Part shown: in pieces, positions 40,737 through 49,890 of the stretch
Layout: every line of letters starts with the position of its first letter
Position numbering within the stretch: position 1 is the stretch's first letter
NCBI GenBank assembly: GCA_045862955.1
Contig: BTVI01000001.1
Span: forward strand, 100,920-164,919
DNA from: Fimbriimonadales bacterium
GTDB lineage: Bacteria; Armatimonadota; Fimbriimonadia; Fimbriimonadales; JABRVX01
Length of the DNA stretch: 64,000 nt
Direction: 5' to 3'
Translations under genes and position numbers: made by a program
Notes under the pieces: model-generated
What the model was told of the DNA's origin: nothing
Seen by the model: the letters and a program-made list of their open reading frames with translations, nothing else
Databases searched by the model: none

Positions 40737-42014
40737 ATGCTGCAGCTCCTCCTGGCCCTCTCGCTGCTTCCGACTACCATCCAGTCCCCAGCGCCGAAAG
40801 CCGTTGTCACCAAGCTGCCGTCGGGTGTCACGCTCGTAGTGGAGCGGAACGCCTCGACACCTACCGTGGCCATCGAAGTGATGGTGCGCGCGGGCTCGGC
40901 GAGGGAAACGGCCGCCCAAGCAGGCTGTGCGCACTTGCTGGAACACCTCGCCTTCGCGGGGACGCCGAACCATCCCGGCGACGCCATCGATAGGCGCGCG
41001 GCGGAGCTGGGCTACAGCCTGGAGGCCAACACGCAGTCGGAGATTGTCCGCTACTTCACCTCCTGTCTGAAAGCGGACTGGATCGAGGTGTTGGGGTTGC
41101 TCGCTGATGCGGTGGTGAACCTGGCACCCACGGAGGAGGCGTTTCGAAGGCACCAGCGTGTGGTGTTGCAGGAGCTGATTGCGCGGCGCGACAACCCGCT
41201 GCTGTTCCTGTCTGAGCATGTGCATGCACTCGCTTACCCGTCATCGGGGTATGGGGGCAGCGCGGCGGGCAGACTGGAAGATGTGCGGCGGCGCACTTTG
41301 CAAGACGTGCTGGAGTTCCACAAGCGATGGTACACGACCGGCAACACGGTTGTCGCTGTCGTCGGTGACGTGGACCCGGCTGAGGCTGCCAAGCAGGTGG
41401 AGACCTGGTTCGGTGGGCTGCGAAGAGCACAAGGAGAGCCATTCGAAGCCCCTCCGCCCCCGGGGGCCAAAGTGGTGGACGAGGCGGGCCCCTACACCAA
41501 GGCCGCAACGGCTCTCGCCTACCCTGCGATCCCTGCATCGCGTATCGAAGACTCGGCTGCGCTCGACGTGCTCGTCGCGCTGTTGGAAGAGCGTGCCGCG
41601 ACGGGCCCGCTAAGAGACTACGCACTCGCCTTCCAGGCGCAGTACCAGACGCTTTCGCACCCGGGATTGGTGGTCGCCGCGCTGTTCTGCGACGAGGAAC
41701 GCGCCAAGGACGCTACAGCCAAGCTCGTCGAAGAGATAGGACGACTTCGATCGGGGGACTTCTCTGAGGCTGAGTTTGTGTTCGCACGAAACCGGGTGCG
41801 AGCGCAGGAGCTATATGCGACCGAGACCAACGCGGGTCGGGCGCACGCCCTGGGATACTGGCTGATCGTCGGTGGCGAAGGCATCGCCGAGCGCTACCTT
41901 GCCGCCCTGAACAGCCTCTCGGTCGGAGATGCTCGTCGTGTGGGCGCCGAGGTTTTCGATCCAGCGAAAGAGATCCGTGTCCAGTGGCATCCCCCAAAGG
42001 GTGGCGGGCGATGA
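40737..42014 (+). CDS. M16 (pitrilysin/insulinase) peptidase, zinc-binding subunit
   Basis: Inverted zinc motif AHLLEHL; signal peptide; VRAGSARE. Confidence 0.9.
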   Translation: MLQLLLALSLLPTTIQSPAPKAVVTKLPSGVTLVVERNASTPTVAIEVMVRAGSARETAAQAGCAHLLEHLAFAGTPNHPGDAIDRRAAELGYSLEANTQSEIVRYFTSCLKADWIEVLGLLADAVVNLAPTEEAFRRHQRVVLQELIARRDNPLLFLSEHVHALAYPSSGYGGSAAGRLEDVRRRTLQDVLEFHKRWYTTGNTVVAVVGDVDPAEAAKQVETWFGGLRRAQGEPFEAPPPPGAKVVDEAGPYTKAATALAYPAIPASRIEDSAALDVLVALLEERAATGPLRDYALAFQAQYQTLSHPGLVVAALFCDEERAKDATAKLVEEIGRLRSGDFSEAEFVFARNRVRAQELYATETNAGRAHALGYWLIVGGEGIAERYLAALNSLSVGDARRVGAEVFDPAKEIRVQWHPPKGGGR

Positions 42015-43354
42015 GGAGGTTGGTGACGCTGGCTATCTTCGCAACCGCGGTTGTCATCGCGGTCGCGCAGCCCGTACGCACCGTGCTGCCGAACGGAGCA
42101 ACGATTGTCACGTCACCCGAACCCGGCGCACCGTGGGTGATCGCGATGGCCTTTCTGAAGGCGGGCGAGGACACCGATCTGGACAAACCGGGAACGAGGT
42201 GGGTCACCGCGCAGGCAGCCTATCGCCGCCACGCGCTGCTGTCGCCGTCGGAACTGCAGCATATCGCAGCCGCGGTGGGTGGTGGCGTGAAGCTGTTCAT
42301 AGAGCGAGACCACCTGCGGTACGAGGTGTACACCACCGGGAAGTGGCTGGAGAACGCCCTGTTCCTGCTGGGCGGTGCGGCCAAGCACGGAGAGCTGACC
42401 GCAGACGAAGTGGAGGCTGCCAAGAGCGAGGTCAAGGCCAGCATGACTGCAACGGCCGGCCCAGCAGCCGATGCGGTGAACATGCTGCTGCCTAGGGCCT
42501 TCGGAGGGCATCCTTTCGGCAGACGACCGACGCCGGAGCAAGTGGATGCAGTGACGCTTCAGGACTGCCGCGATTACTACGCCAGGTTCTTTCGACCCAA
42601 GCTGCTCACGTTGGTGATCGCCGGCGACATCACGGGGGACGAGGCGCTGAAGATCGCCCGGCAGACGTTGGGCAGCTGGACAGCATCCGGCCCAGAGCCT
42701 TCGCCGCCTGCGGAGATCCTGCCTCCGGACGAACCATTCGAGCTGGTGCGCACCGCAAGCACGGCTTCGGCCTATCTGGCAGCAGGCTTCGTGGGTCCTG
42801 CGCCGGCGTCCAAAGACTTCCCTGCGTTCACCCTTGCCTCCGCGGTGCTCGGCAAGGGAGAGACCTCGGTGCTGGCGCGAACGATGAGAGGAAGCGGGGC
42901 GGCGTACCAGGTCGGAACGGGTATCGTTGCCACCGCTTCGGGCAGTCTGTTGTTTGCCACCGTGCAGTTCTCGCCGGTCGAGGTCGATCCGAGCACACAC
43001 AGGCCAGAGGTGGTCCTAACCAAGACACGTGATCTGGCCAAGGACGCGCTCACTTCCTTGGCCAAAGAGGGACTGGGCGCAGACGAGCTCGCATCGGCGA
43101 AGCGACGGCTAATCGTAGACTATCTGCTCGCCGACCCGCCCAGAGCCATGCCGGCTCCGTTCGTGCAGGGCCACCAGCGTCTGCGCGATCGGGCCTTCTG
43201 GCTGGGATGGTGGGAGATGGTAGGATGCGGATACGAGATGGACGCCGGGTTCCCTCAGGCGGTCGAGCGTGTTACCGCGGAGGAGCTGCTCTCTGTGGCG
43301 CGCAAGTATTGCTCGCAGCCCAGCTCGGTGCTGGTGGTACCGCTCGAGCCGTAG
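42011..43354 (+). CDS. M16 peptidase, non-catalytic partner subunit
   Basis: ATGA overlap with the upstream gene; RTVLPNG, HPFGR, LVIAGDI; no HxxEH. Confidence 0.85.
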   Translation: MRRLVTLAIFATAVVIAVAQPVRTVLPNGATIVTSPEPGAPWVIAMAFLKAGEDTDLDKPGTRWVTAQAAYRRHALLSPSELQHIAAAVGGGVKLFIERDHLRYEVYTTGKWLENALFLLGGAAKHGELTADEVEAAKSEVKASMTATAGPAADAVNMLLPRAFGGHPFGRRPTPEQVDAVTLQDCRDYYARFFRPKLLTLVIAGDITGDEALKIARQTLGSWTASGPEPSPPAEILPPDEPFELVRTASTASAYLAAGFVGPAPASKDFPAFTLASAVLGKGETSVLARTMRGSGAAYQVGTGIVATASGSLLFATVQFSPVEVDPSTHRPEVVLTKTRDLAKDALTSLAKEGLGADELASAKRRLIVDYLLADPPRAMPAPFVQGHQRLRDRAFWLGWWEMVGCGYEMDAGFPQAVERVTAEELLSVARKYCSQPSSVLVVPLEP

Positions 43355-43400
43355 CGGAAGCATGGGCTAGACGTCCGATGTGCAGGTACGGAAAGGAAGG

Positions 43401-44381
43401 ATGCCGGTGAAGTTTATTCGATGCGTGGCATTGGCCTTCTGCCTTGCGGCCGTCCTCTTCGCTGCGGGATGCGGTGGGGGCGGAGGAGGAGGCACGGGGC
43501 CGACGGTCACCCAACTGGTACTGAGCCTTCGGGGTCCGCTTAGCGTGGCCACGGGCTCTCGCCTCGCCATCGTGGCGGATGCGGTCTACAGCAACGGCGC
43601 GGTAGTGCGCGTTAGTCCGACCTGGTCGAGTGCCGGGGGCGTGGGTGAAGTCGACTCACAGGGGGTGTTCACGGCATCGGATCAGGCGGCATTCGGTACC
43701 CTCGTGGCCAGCTTCCAGACTGCTACCGCGAGCTTAGTGGTGAAGGTGGTGGCTCCGGGAGTGCTGTCGGATGCCAGGGTGGAGGCGCCGGAGGGAGTGG
43801 TAGCTGGTGCGATCGCGCTCGGCGCCGAGGTGCCGTTCTATGTCACTGCAGAGAGTAGTGACGACGGACGCATCTATGTAGGAGCCGACTCGGGATCGTG
43901 GTCGGTAAGCGGGGGCGTAGGCACCATTAACGCCAATACGGGGCTGTTTGCGGCGGGGGCGCCAGGTGTCGGCACTGTTAGTGCATCGGTGGGTGGTAGC
44001 CCGGCAACCCCACTGCAGGTCCGCGTGGTACAGACCGTTCGAGTAACCGGCAGCGTTCGCAACGCGAGGACGCTCGCAGGGATACCGAATGTGACGGTTG
44101 CTTTCTTGTACGCGGACCGCACCGAGTCGGCACGCTTAATCACGGGTGCCGATGGCACGTTCCAGGGCCAAGTCCCGACGAGCTCGAGCATGCTGTACGT
44201 GCCGACCGTGTCGGCTGCGTTCTTCGACATCTTTCGGTACCAGGGGGTGAACTACTGGGTGGGCAAGCCTGCAACCTGTGCGGCTCCCATCGCGACACCC
44301 ACCGAGGGACGCAACTACGGTTTCGTGTACCTGTTCTCGACGAACGACCCACCGCCGCCACCCCCCGGCTGTGACTACTAA
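43401..44381 (+). CDS. Lipoprotein with Ig-like domains and C-terminal PPPPPGC
   Basis: Lipobox AAGC followed by poly-Gly; Big_2-like WSxxGGxGxI repeats; carboxypeptidase-regulatory-like domain. Confidence 0.8.
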   Translation: MPVKFIRCVALAFCLAAVLFAAGCGGGGGGGTGPTVTQLVLSLRGPLSVATGSRLAIVADAVYSNGAVVRVSPTWSSAGGVGEVDSQGVFTASDQAAFGTLVASFQTATASLVVKVVAPGVLSDARVEAPEGVVAGAIALGAEVPFYVTAESSDDGRIYVGADSGSWSVSGGVGTINANTGLFAAGAPGVGTVSASVGGSPATPLQVRVVQTVRVTGSVRNARTLAGIPNVTVAFLYADRTESARLITGADGTFQGQVPTSSSMLYVPTVSAAFFDIFRYQGVNYWVGKPATCAAPIATPTEGRNYGFVYLFSTNDPPPPPPGCDY

Positions 44382-44391
44382 AGGAGAGATA

Positions 44392-45372
44392 ATGTTCAGA
44401 GACCTGCCTCGAACGCGGTGCGTCCTCCTTGCCGGTGCATGGGTTGCGCTGGCCCTTTCGGCCGGCTGCGGGGGAGGAGGTGGAGGCGGTGGAACCTCCA
44501 TACGGGAGATTGTTGTCAGCATCCCGTCTGGCTCGCGACTGCAGGCCGACACGCGGTTCGTGCTGGGCGCGGTAGCCGTCTACTCGAACGGAGCGCGCGT
44601 AGAGATCAGCCCGACGTGGGAGGCTTCGGGAGGGATCGGCACCATCGGCATCGATGGGGCGATGCAGACCTCGGACACTCCCGCCGACGGTACGATCGTC
44701 GCGACTTACGGCACCCAGAGCGCGGTAGTTGCAGTGTCGGTCGTGGCGCCCGGCCCACTTTCGGACCTGCGAGTGCAAGCTGGCGAGGGCGCGGACACTG
44801 CGGCGATCTCCCTGAGCGCTAGGCCGCGGTTCTACCTGACGGCATCCGACGGCTCTTCCCGAGTGTACGTCGCGCCGGACCCTGGTAGCTGGAGATGCAC
44901 GCCTAGCGCGATGGGCACGCTGGACGGCGACGGGGTGCTTACACCTGCGAGCGATGGCCAGGCTAGCATCTCGGCGAAGCACGGCGGTGTGGACGCCGTC
45001 CCCACATCCGTCAGGATCATCGCACCAAAGGTCAGCGTGCGAGGCACGTGTCGCTCAGCCGACGTAGGTGCCCCAGTGCCAGGTGTGGTAGTGGTGTTCT
45101 GGAATGCCGCCGGAGTGGAGGTGGGGCGCGCCACGAGCGGGCCGGACGGAAGGTGGAGCGCAGTGATCTCGACCACGGCCACACACATGTTTCTCGAGTC
45201 GGTGCCGAGCGGTTACTATCGCAACTGGCGGTACGGCTCTGGCGTGTACGACATAAACTTCGGTCCGGACGCCTGCAAGGCGCCAGTCGACGCGCCAACG
45301 CAGGGCAAGGACTACGGCACCATCTACGTGTACCCTACTTCCGGTGGTCCGCCACCGCCGCCGACGTGTTAG
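44392..45372 (+). CDS. Paralogous Ig-like lipoprotein with C-terminal PPPPPTC
   Basis: SD AAGGAG; lipobox SAGC plus poly-Gly; colinear similarity to the upstream gene (AVYSNGA, SPTW, CxAP, PTxGxxYG). Confidence 0.8.
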   Translation: MFRDLPRTRCVLLAGAWVALALSAGCGGGGGGGGTSIREIVVSIPSGSRLQADTRFVLGAVAVYSNGARVEISPTWEASGGIGTIGIDGAMQTSDTPADGTIVATYGTQSAVVAVSVVAPGPLSDLRVQAGEGADTAAISLSARPRFYLTASDGSSRVYVAPDPGSWRCTPSAMGTLDGDGVLTPASDGQASISAKHGGVDAVPTSVRIIAPKVSVRGTCRSADVGAPVPGVVVVFWNAAGVEVGRATSGPDGRWSAVISTTATHMFLESVPSGYYRNWRYGSGVYDINFGPDACKAPVDAPTQGKDYGTIYVYPTSGGPPPPPTC

Positions 45373-45376
45373 CATT

Positions 45377-47965
45377 CTAGCTTCTGGCGTGCAGTAGAAG
45401 AACCGGACCTAACAGGCCCGACGGCAGGCGCTCGCTCGCCTCGTGCAACATGCCGGCCCGGCGAAGCCCCTCCCACTCTTCGGGCAAGAGGCCGGGCAGC
45501 GGTCGGGCCGAACCGAGCGACTGACGCCATGCTTGCACCGAGTTGAACGCGAGGTTGGTGACCCGGACCGCGAGGCGGTTGGTACCCACCCGCAGATGCG
45601 GGTCGAGGCGGAAGCGGTGGGGTCGGCACAGAGTGACACCGATCGGCACGTCGTTCAGCGACAGCTCTGCCATGATCTCCACTTCGCCGAGGTCCAGGAG
45701 AATCGGTGGCGGAGGAAGCAAGTCGAGCTGAAGATCGAGCCCGTACTCCAGAGTGCCCGAAAAGTCGGCGAGACCGGGGATGGTAGTCCAATCTTCGAGT
45801 GCATCCATTCGTCGAGTGGTGCCATCGGGAAGCGTGAGGAGGAAGGGGCCGGAGAGGCGCTGCGACACGAGCAGTGGGTAGGGATCATCGGAATCCACTG
45901 CTCGTTGGGATAGCAGCAGAATGATAGGCTCCGCGGCTGACAGGCGGAGGCGGACGACCAGGCTACCGTCTTCCACTTGGGGGTTCACTCGCTCGAAGCG
46001 GCCGGACCACGCGGCGATGTGGGTTACGTGTGGCATGGAGGAGTCCGACCCCCTCCCCAACCCTCCCCCTTCCGCGAGGCTCCATGGGCAGGGGGTGGCG
46101 GACACGCCTGTATGCTGGGGGAACTGGACTACGACCTCTTGCTCATCTGGGAGAGAACAGACGAGGCGATAGGGCATCGGGTAGGTGCATCCTCGAACGC
46201 GCGGGCCGATGAAGAAGACGTCACCGCCTTCGAAACGCCGATGTTGGTACGTGGCTGGACCGGGAGATACGCGGGCGGCAGGTGCTAGGTGTAGCCGTTC
46301 GATAGGCGAGACGAAAGGGTGTAGGACCTCGGGAATAGGTGCCTCCGCGTAGACCGGCACACCGGCAGCACCTAATCGGCGCAAGGCATCGGCCGTCGCA
46401 GGTGGGACGTACTCGAGCTTAGGCAGTACGAGGGCCGGGTACTCGAGCTCTCCCAGGCGAGCCGATCCATCGGACGCTGTCATGTTGCAGATTGCGTCGT
46501 CGTTCACCCAGTCGTAGCAGTATCCTGCGAGGGAGGACGGCTCGAACAGCACACTTCGCTTATCATCCCACGAGAACAGCTCTTCTACGGATGACCCTGG
46601 TTTCCGTCGCCACACATCGTGGACGGGCAGGTACACCGCCAGATCGGGCACCGCGACTCCCAATCGCATCAGGCAAGACACTCTTGTTAGGTACTTGTTG
46701 AACTCACGCAGCCCGCGTGACCACGTCAGTGTGTGGTTGAGATGAGTGGTAGCATAGAAATTTCGGCCCGGCCCATCATAGGAGTTAGGCGAAGATGCAA
46801 AGCCGTGGCATATTACCTGCTGCACGCCGTACGCGAACTGCTGATCGGCTGTCAGCTTCAGGTCGTCGGGGCGCTCGGCGAACATGCGTACGTCGGGCCA
46901 GCCATAGGGGCAGGTGAAGGTCTCGCTGGTAACCGGGTTGCGTCCGTGAAGGCGGCCTGCGGATGCCGCCAGCCGCGAGTTAGCGAAGGGTAACAGCATG
47001 GTCTCGGTTTCTGGGATATCCATCGCACCGTAAGACTCCAGCGGATCGGTGGGAGAGCCGTGCGTCTGCACTCGCGCGAGAAAGCCATGTGCCCTACACC
47101 AGGCCGCGAAGGGCCGGTAGAAGTTCTCCATCGCCAGCTCGTGTAGCGTCTGCCGGTAGTCGTGTAACGCCTGTGCGATGGCGTCTGCCGATGGCGCCTG
47201 CCAGAAGCCGAGGATGAAGGGCATGAGCGGGACCACGTCGTACCCCCTCCGCCTTTCGAACTCCTGTGGGAAGGCGGAAGTCCAATATGGCCCCTCCACC
47301 TCCCAGCTATCGCAGAACAGCGCGCGTATGGGGCCGGCCCGCGCCACTTCGATCAGTGGCGGGCCCCACGCTGCCAGATGCGCCTCCAGCGCGGCTTTGC
47401 GAAAGTGGTCCAGAACCGGCCCCTGCTGACCCGGCGCCGCACGCTTGACCTGCTGACCCGAAGGGCGCTCGATGACTCGCGCGACAGCGTAGCCGGACGG
47501 CGGATCACCCTCCGCGCGCTCGGCGCCTGCTGGGTCCGCAGTCGGAGGCGAACCGTGCCTAACAAGAGGTGCTACAACCGCGGCAACCCTGTGCTCCTGC
47601 GGGCCGACCGCCTCTTCACGATGAGCGATCCGCACGGTCCGCGCGGTCAGTCCCGCCGGAATGTGTGGACCGCCGAACGGCCAGCCACTGCCACATGTGA
47701 TGTCTAATCCGAGGCCCAACCGTTGTGCCGTCCGCGCTGCATCTTTCAGCAGTTCGGTCCACTCGCGAGAGAGCGGCTCCGGGCCGGGGTCCGCGCCGGG
47801 CCAGGCGTATACGAACGCTAACTCGACGCCACCATAGCCGTGGTCCGCCATGAAGCCCATCTCGCGCTCGATCTGCGCGGGTGTGATGTCCGCGCCGAAC
47901 CACCACCAGCGGGTCCAGGGACGGCAGTCCGCGGGTGGGTCGGCCAGGAGATTCGGAAGGTCCAC
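45377..47965 (-). CDS. Glycoside hydrolase, GH106 (alpha-L-rhamnosidase)-like
   Basis: PWTRWWWFG, GSGWPFGGP, LFCDSWEV, DIPETE, C-terminal LDLGEV...PSGLLGPV sugar-binding domain. Confidence 0.8.
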   Translation of the reverse strand: MDLPNLLADPPADCRPWTRWWWFGADITPAQIEREMGFMADHGYGGVELAFVYAWPGADPGPEPLSREWTELLKDAARTAQRLGLGLDITCGSGWPFGGPHIPAGLTARTVRIAHREEAVGPQEHRVAAVVAPLVRHGSPPTADPAGAERAEGDPPSGYAVARVIERPSGQQVKRAAPGQQGPVLDHFRKAALEAHLAAWGPPLIEVARAGPIRALFCDSWEVEGPYWTSAFPQEFERRRGYDVVPLMPFILGFWQAPSADAIAQALHDYRQTLHELAMENFYRPFAAWCRAHGFLARVQTHGSPTDPLESYGAMDIPETETMLLPFANSRLAASAGRLHGRNPVTSETFTCPYGWPDVRMFAERPDDLKLTADQQFAYGVQQVICHGFASSPNSYDGPGRNFYATTHLNHTLTWSRGLREFNKYLTRVSCLMRLGVAVPDLAVYLPVHDVWRRKPGSSVEELFSWDDKRSVLFEPSSLAGYCYDWVNDDAICNMTASDGSARLGELEYPALVLPKLEYVPPATADALRRLGAAGVPVYAEAPIPEVLHPFVSPIERLHLAPAARVSPGPATYQHRRFEGGDVFFIGPRVRGCTYPMPYRLVCSLPDEQEVVVQFPQHTGVSATPCPWSLAEGGGLGRGSDSSMPHVTHIAAWSGRFERVNPQVEDGSLVVRLRLSAAEPIILLLSQRAVDSDDPYPLLVSQRLSGPFLLTLPDGTTRRMDALEDWTTIPGLADFSGTLEYGLDLQLDLLPPPPILLDLGEVEIMAELSLNDVPIGVTLCRPHRFRLDPHLRVGTNRLAVRVTNLAFNSVQAWRQSLGSARPLPGLLPEEWEGLRRAGMLHEASERLPSGLLGPVLLLHARS
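46045..46102. repeat. Intragenic copy of a CCCTCCCC...GGGGAGGG-type palindromic repeat
   Basis: 48/58 identical (counted by hand) to the intergenic copy at 51757-51814. Confidence 0.7.
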
Positions 47966-47968
47966 TGG

Positions 47969-48997
47969 CTAGCGGCTCGCGAGCAGCTCGTTCAGCTTGC
48001 GCATCACCTCGAAGGCGTCTGCGACGTACAGCACATCGGCTTTGCCCTGCGCCCAGCCGCAGTTCGGATCGAGGTTGACGGCTCGCCGTTCTGTAATGAA
48101 GCGCCAGCCCACCACGTGCGGCTCCTCGCCATGGCAGCATGTAGCGAGACCTTTCGGGTGCCGCGGAGACGAGCCGGTCTGGCCCACCTGGTTGAGGTGC
48201 GTGAGCAACGAAAGCACTTGACCCCCCTCGCCCGTCTGCTCCACCAGCGATTTGCTGCTGCCTAGCGATGCACCGCTTCTCTGCAGAAAGGTCCTAATCA
48301 GCTCCTCGGCTTCCGAGGCATGGACTCGACCGTCGGCCTGCTTCTTGGTCCAGCCGGCGCCCGCGACGAAAAGCAGGTCGGCATCGGGGCGGATCGTCTG
48401 CTCGCCGACGCTCGCGGCTTCGGTGCCCTGCACCTGCGTACGGTCCCATGCGGGTTGGGCAGGCACTTCCACTCGCTCCAGCTGCACGTTGGCAGGCGAG
48501 CCTGCCCACGCGGGTGCGATGCCGGCTTCGAGCTGCAGAATCCAGGGCCGGTCGCTTCGCGTGAACTCGGCGACGATTCGCTGACGGTAGAACCATCGCT
48601 GCGCCATTGGTCGGCCATCGGCCACGGTCAGGCCCGTGATGCGGGTGTCCACACGTCCGCCGATGCGGACAGCGGCTCCGGGCAGCGCCCTGGCCCATCG
48701 CGAGGAGGCATGAGCAAGGACGATCTGGGCACCGGACTCGCGAATGAGGGCTTCGGCAGCGGCTGCGTCGGAGGCGTAGCGCGGCTGCGCAACCGCGGGG
48801 CCTTCCACGGAGAGGAAGCGGACGGCGCCGCAGCCGCCAATCTGCTGGGCGGCGTCTTCCGTCTGCCCGCCGAGCAGCCCAACGGTGAGAGGCGAGCCGG
48901 CCTCGGCAGACAGCGCGAGCGCCGTGCTCAGCCCTTCTCGCGCGCTCTTCGGCGTAGAGCCGTCTTCTCCGGTGTGCAGCAAGTAAAGGATTGCCAT
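47969..48997 (-). CDS. etfA: Electron transfer flavoprotein alpha subunit (FixB-like)
   Basis: LFVAGAGW, GASLGSSK and QVGQTG motifs; operon with etfB. Confidence 0.85.
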   Translation of the reverse strand: MAILYLLHTGEDGSTPKSAREGLSTALALSAEAGSPLTVGLLGGQTEDAAQQIGGCGAVRFLSVEGPAVAQPRYASDAAAAEALIRESGAQIVLAHASSRWARALPGAAVRIGGRVDTRITGLTVADGRPMAQRWFYRQRIVAEFTRSDRPWILQLEAGIAPAWAGSPANVQLERVEVPAQPAWDRTQVQGTEAASVGEQTIRPDADLLFVAGAGWTKKQADGRVHASEAEELIRTFLQRSGASLGSSKSLVEQTGEGGQVLSLLTHLNQVGQTGSSPRHPKGLATCCHGEEPHVVGWRFITERRAVNLDPNCGWAQGKADVLYVADAFEVMRKLNELLASR

Positions 48998-49043
48998 GCG
49001 TACTTCCTATCGTCCTTTCTACACTACTCGTTAGGCCCGGGCG

Positions 49044-49856
49044 TCACGACCCGCGGAGCCATTCCGCCAGCTCCCGCGCGATCTCGTCGGCAGGAATATC
49101 TTTCACGATTCGAGTGTCACGGCGTTGCTTAGGCGTTTCGACCCGACCGAACGCCGCGTCTCTGCCGCTAACGCCGACGGCCTTCGCCTTCTGCAGAGCC
49201 GGCATGATGGCGCGCATGTTAGTCATCCCCACCTGCGGGTTGTTGGGAGGTTCGGGGAGGTTGCCGGTCGCCCAGGCCAGCACTGCCGGCGGGCCGGCAC
49301 AGTGCGACACTTGGTACCGGCCGCCTTCGATTCGTTCCTTCACCCTGAACGACCCGTCGGGCATCGGGGCCAGCTCGTCGACTCCCGCGAACTGGTCGAG
49401 GATGCCGAGGTGCTCACCTACCATGTGCAGGGTGACGCCGGCATCGCGTGAAGCCGAGGACCAACCGCCGAAGAGGAGCAGGCGCGACCGCTCTAACCCT
49501 TCGATCTGCTGGATGGCGTCTGCAAGAGCGATGGCTGTTTCGTGCGCATCGGTGAAACCGCCTGCGGGCCCATCGAGCGCAACCAACTCGAACGGTGCCT
49601 TCTGCGCTACGGTCATCATCAGCTGCTGGAGCTTGGCCTTCGGTCCGAGGCTCACCAGCCACACTCGGCTCTCGGGCGTTTTGGCGGCGAGGTATGCGGC
49701 CTCGTAGAGCGCGTGCGCTGCCCACGGATCCAGCACCGAGGGCAGCATGGCTTCGTTCTTCAGGCCCGGACCGCTCGGGGTCTCGACCGGCTCTAGGGTC
49801 TGAAGCGGGTCGGGCACCAAGCCTCCGCACACTACGATATGAAAACCAACGCCCAT
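49044..49856 (-). CDS. etfB: Electron transfer flavoprotein beta subunit (FixA-like)
   Basis: HIVVCGGLVPD, LDPWAAHALYEA, DAHETAIALA, LLLFGGWS. Confidence 0.85.
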   Translation of the reverse strand: MGVGFHIVVCGGLVPDPLQTLEPVETPSGPGLKNEAMLPSVLDPWAAHALYEAAYLAAKTPESRVWLVSLGPKAKLQQLMMTVAQKAPFELVALDGPAGGFTDAHETAIALADAIQQIEGLERSRLLLFGGWSSASRDAGVTLHMVGEHLGILDQFAGVDELAPMPDGSFRVKERIEGGRYQVSHCAGPPAVLAWATGNLPEPPNNPQVGMTNMRAIMPALQKAKAVGVSGRDAAFGRVETPKQRRDTRIVKDIPADEIARELAEWLRGS

Positions 49857-49890
49857 GGAGAGCTCCTATGCAAATGGCTTATACAGATTT

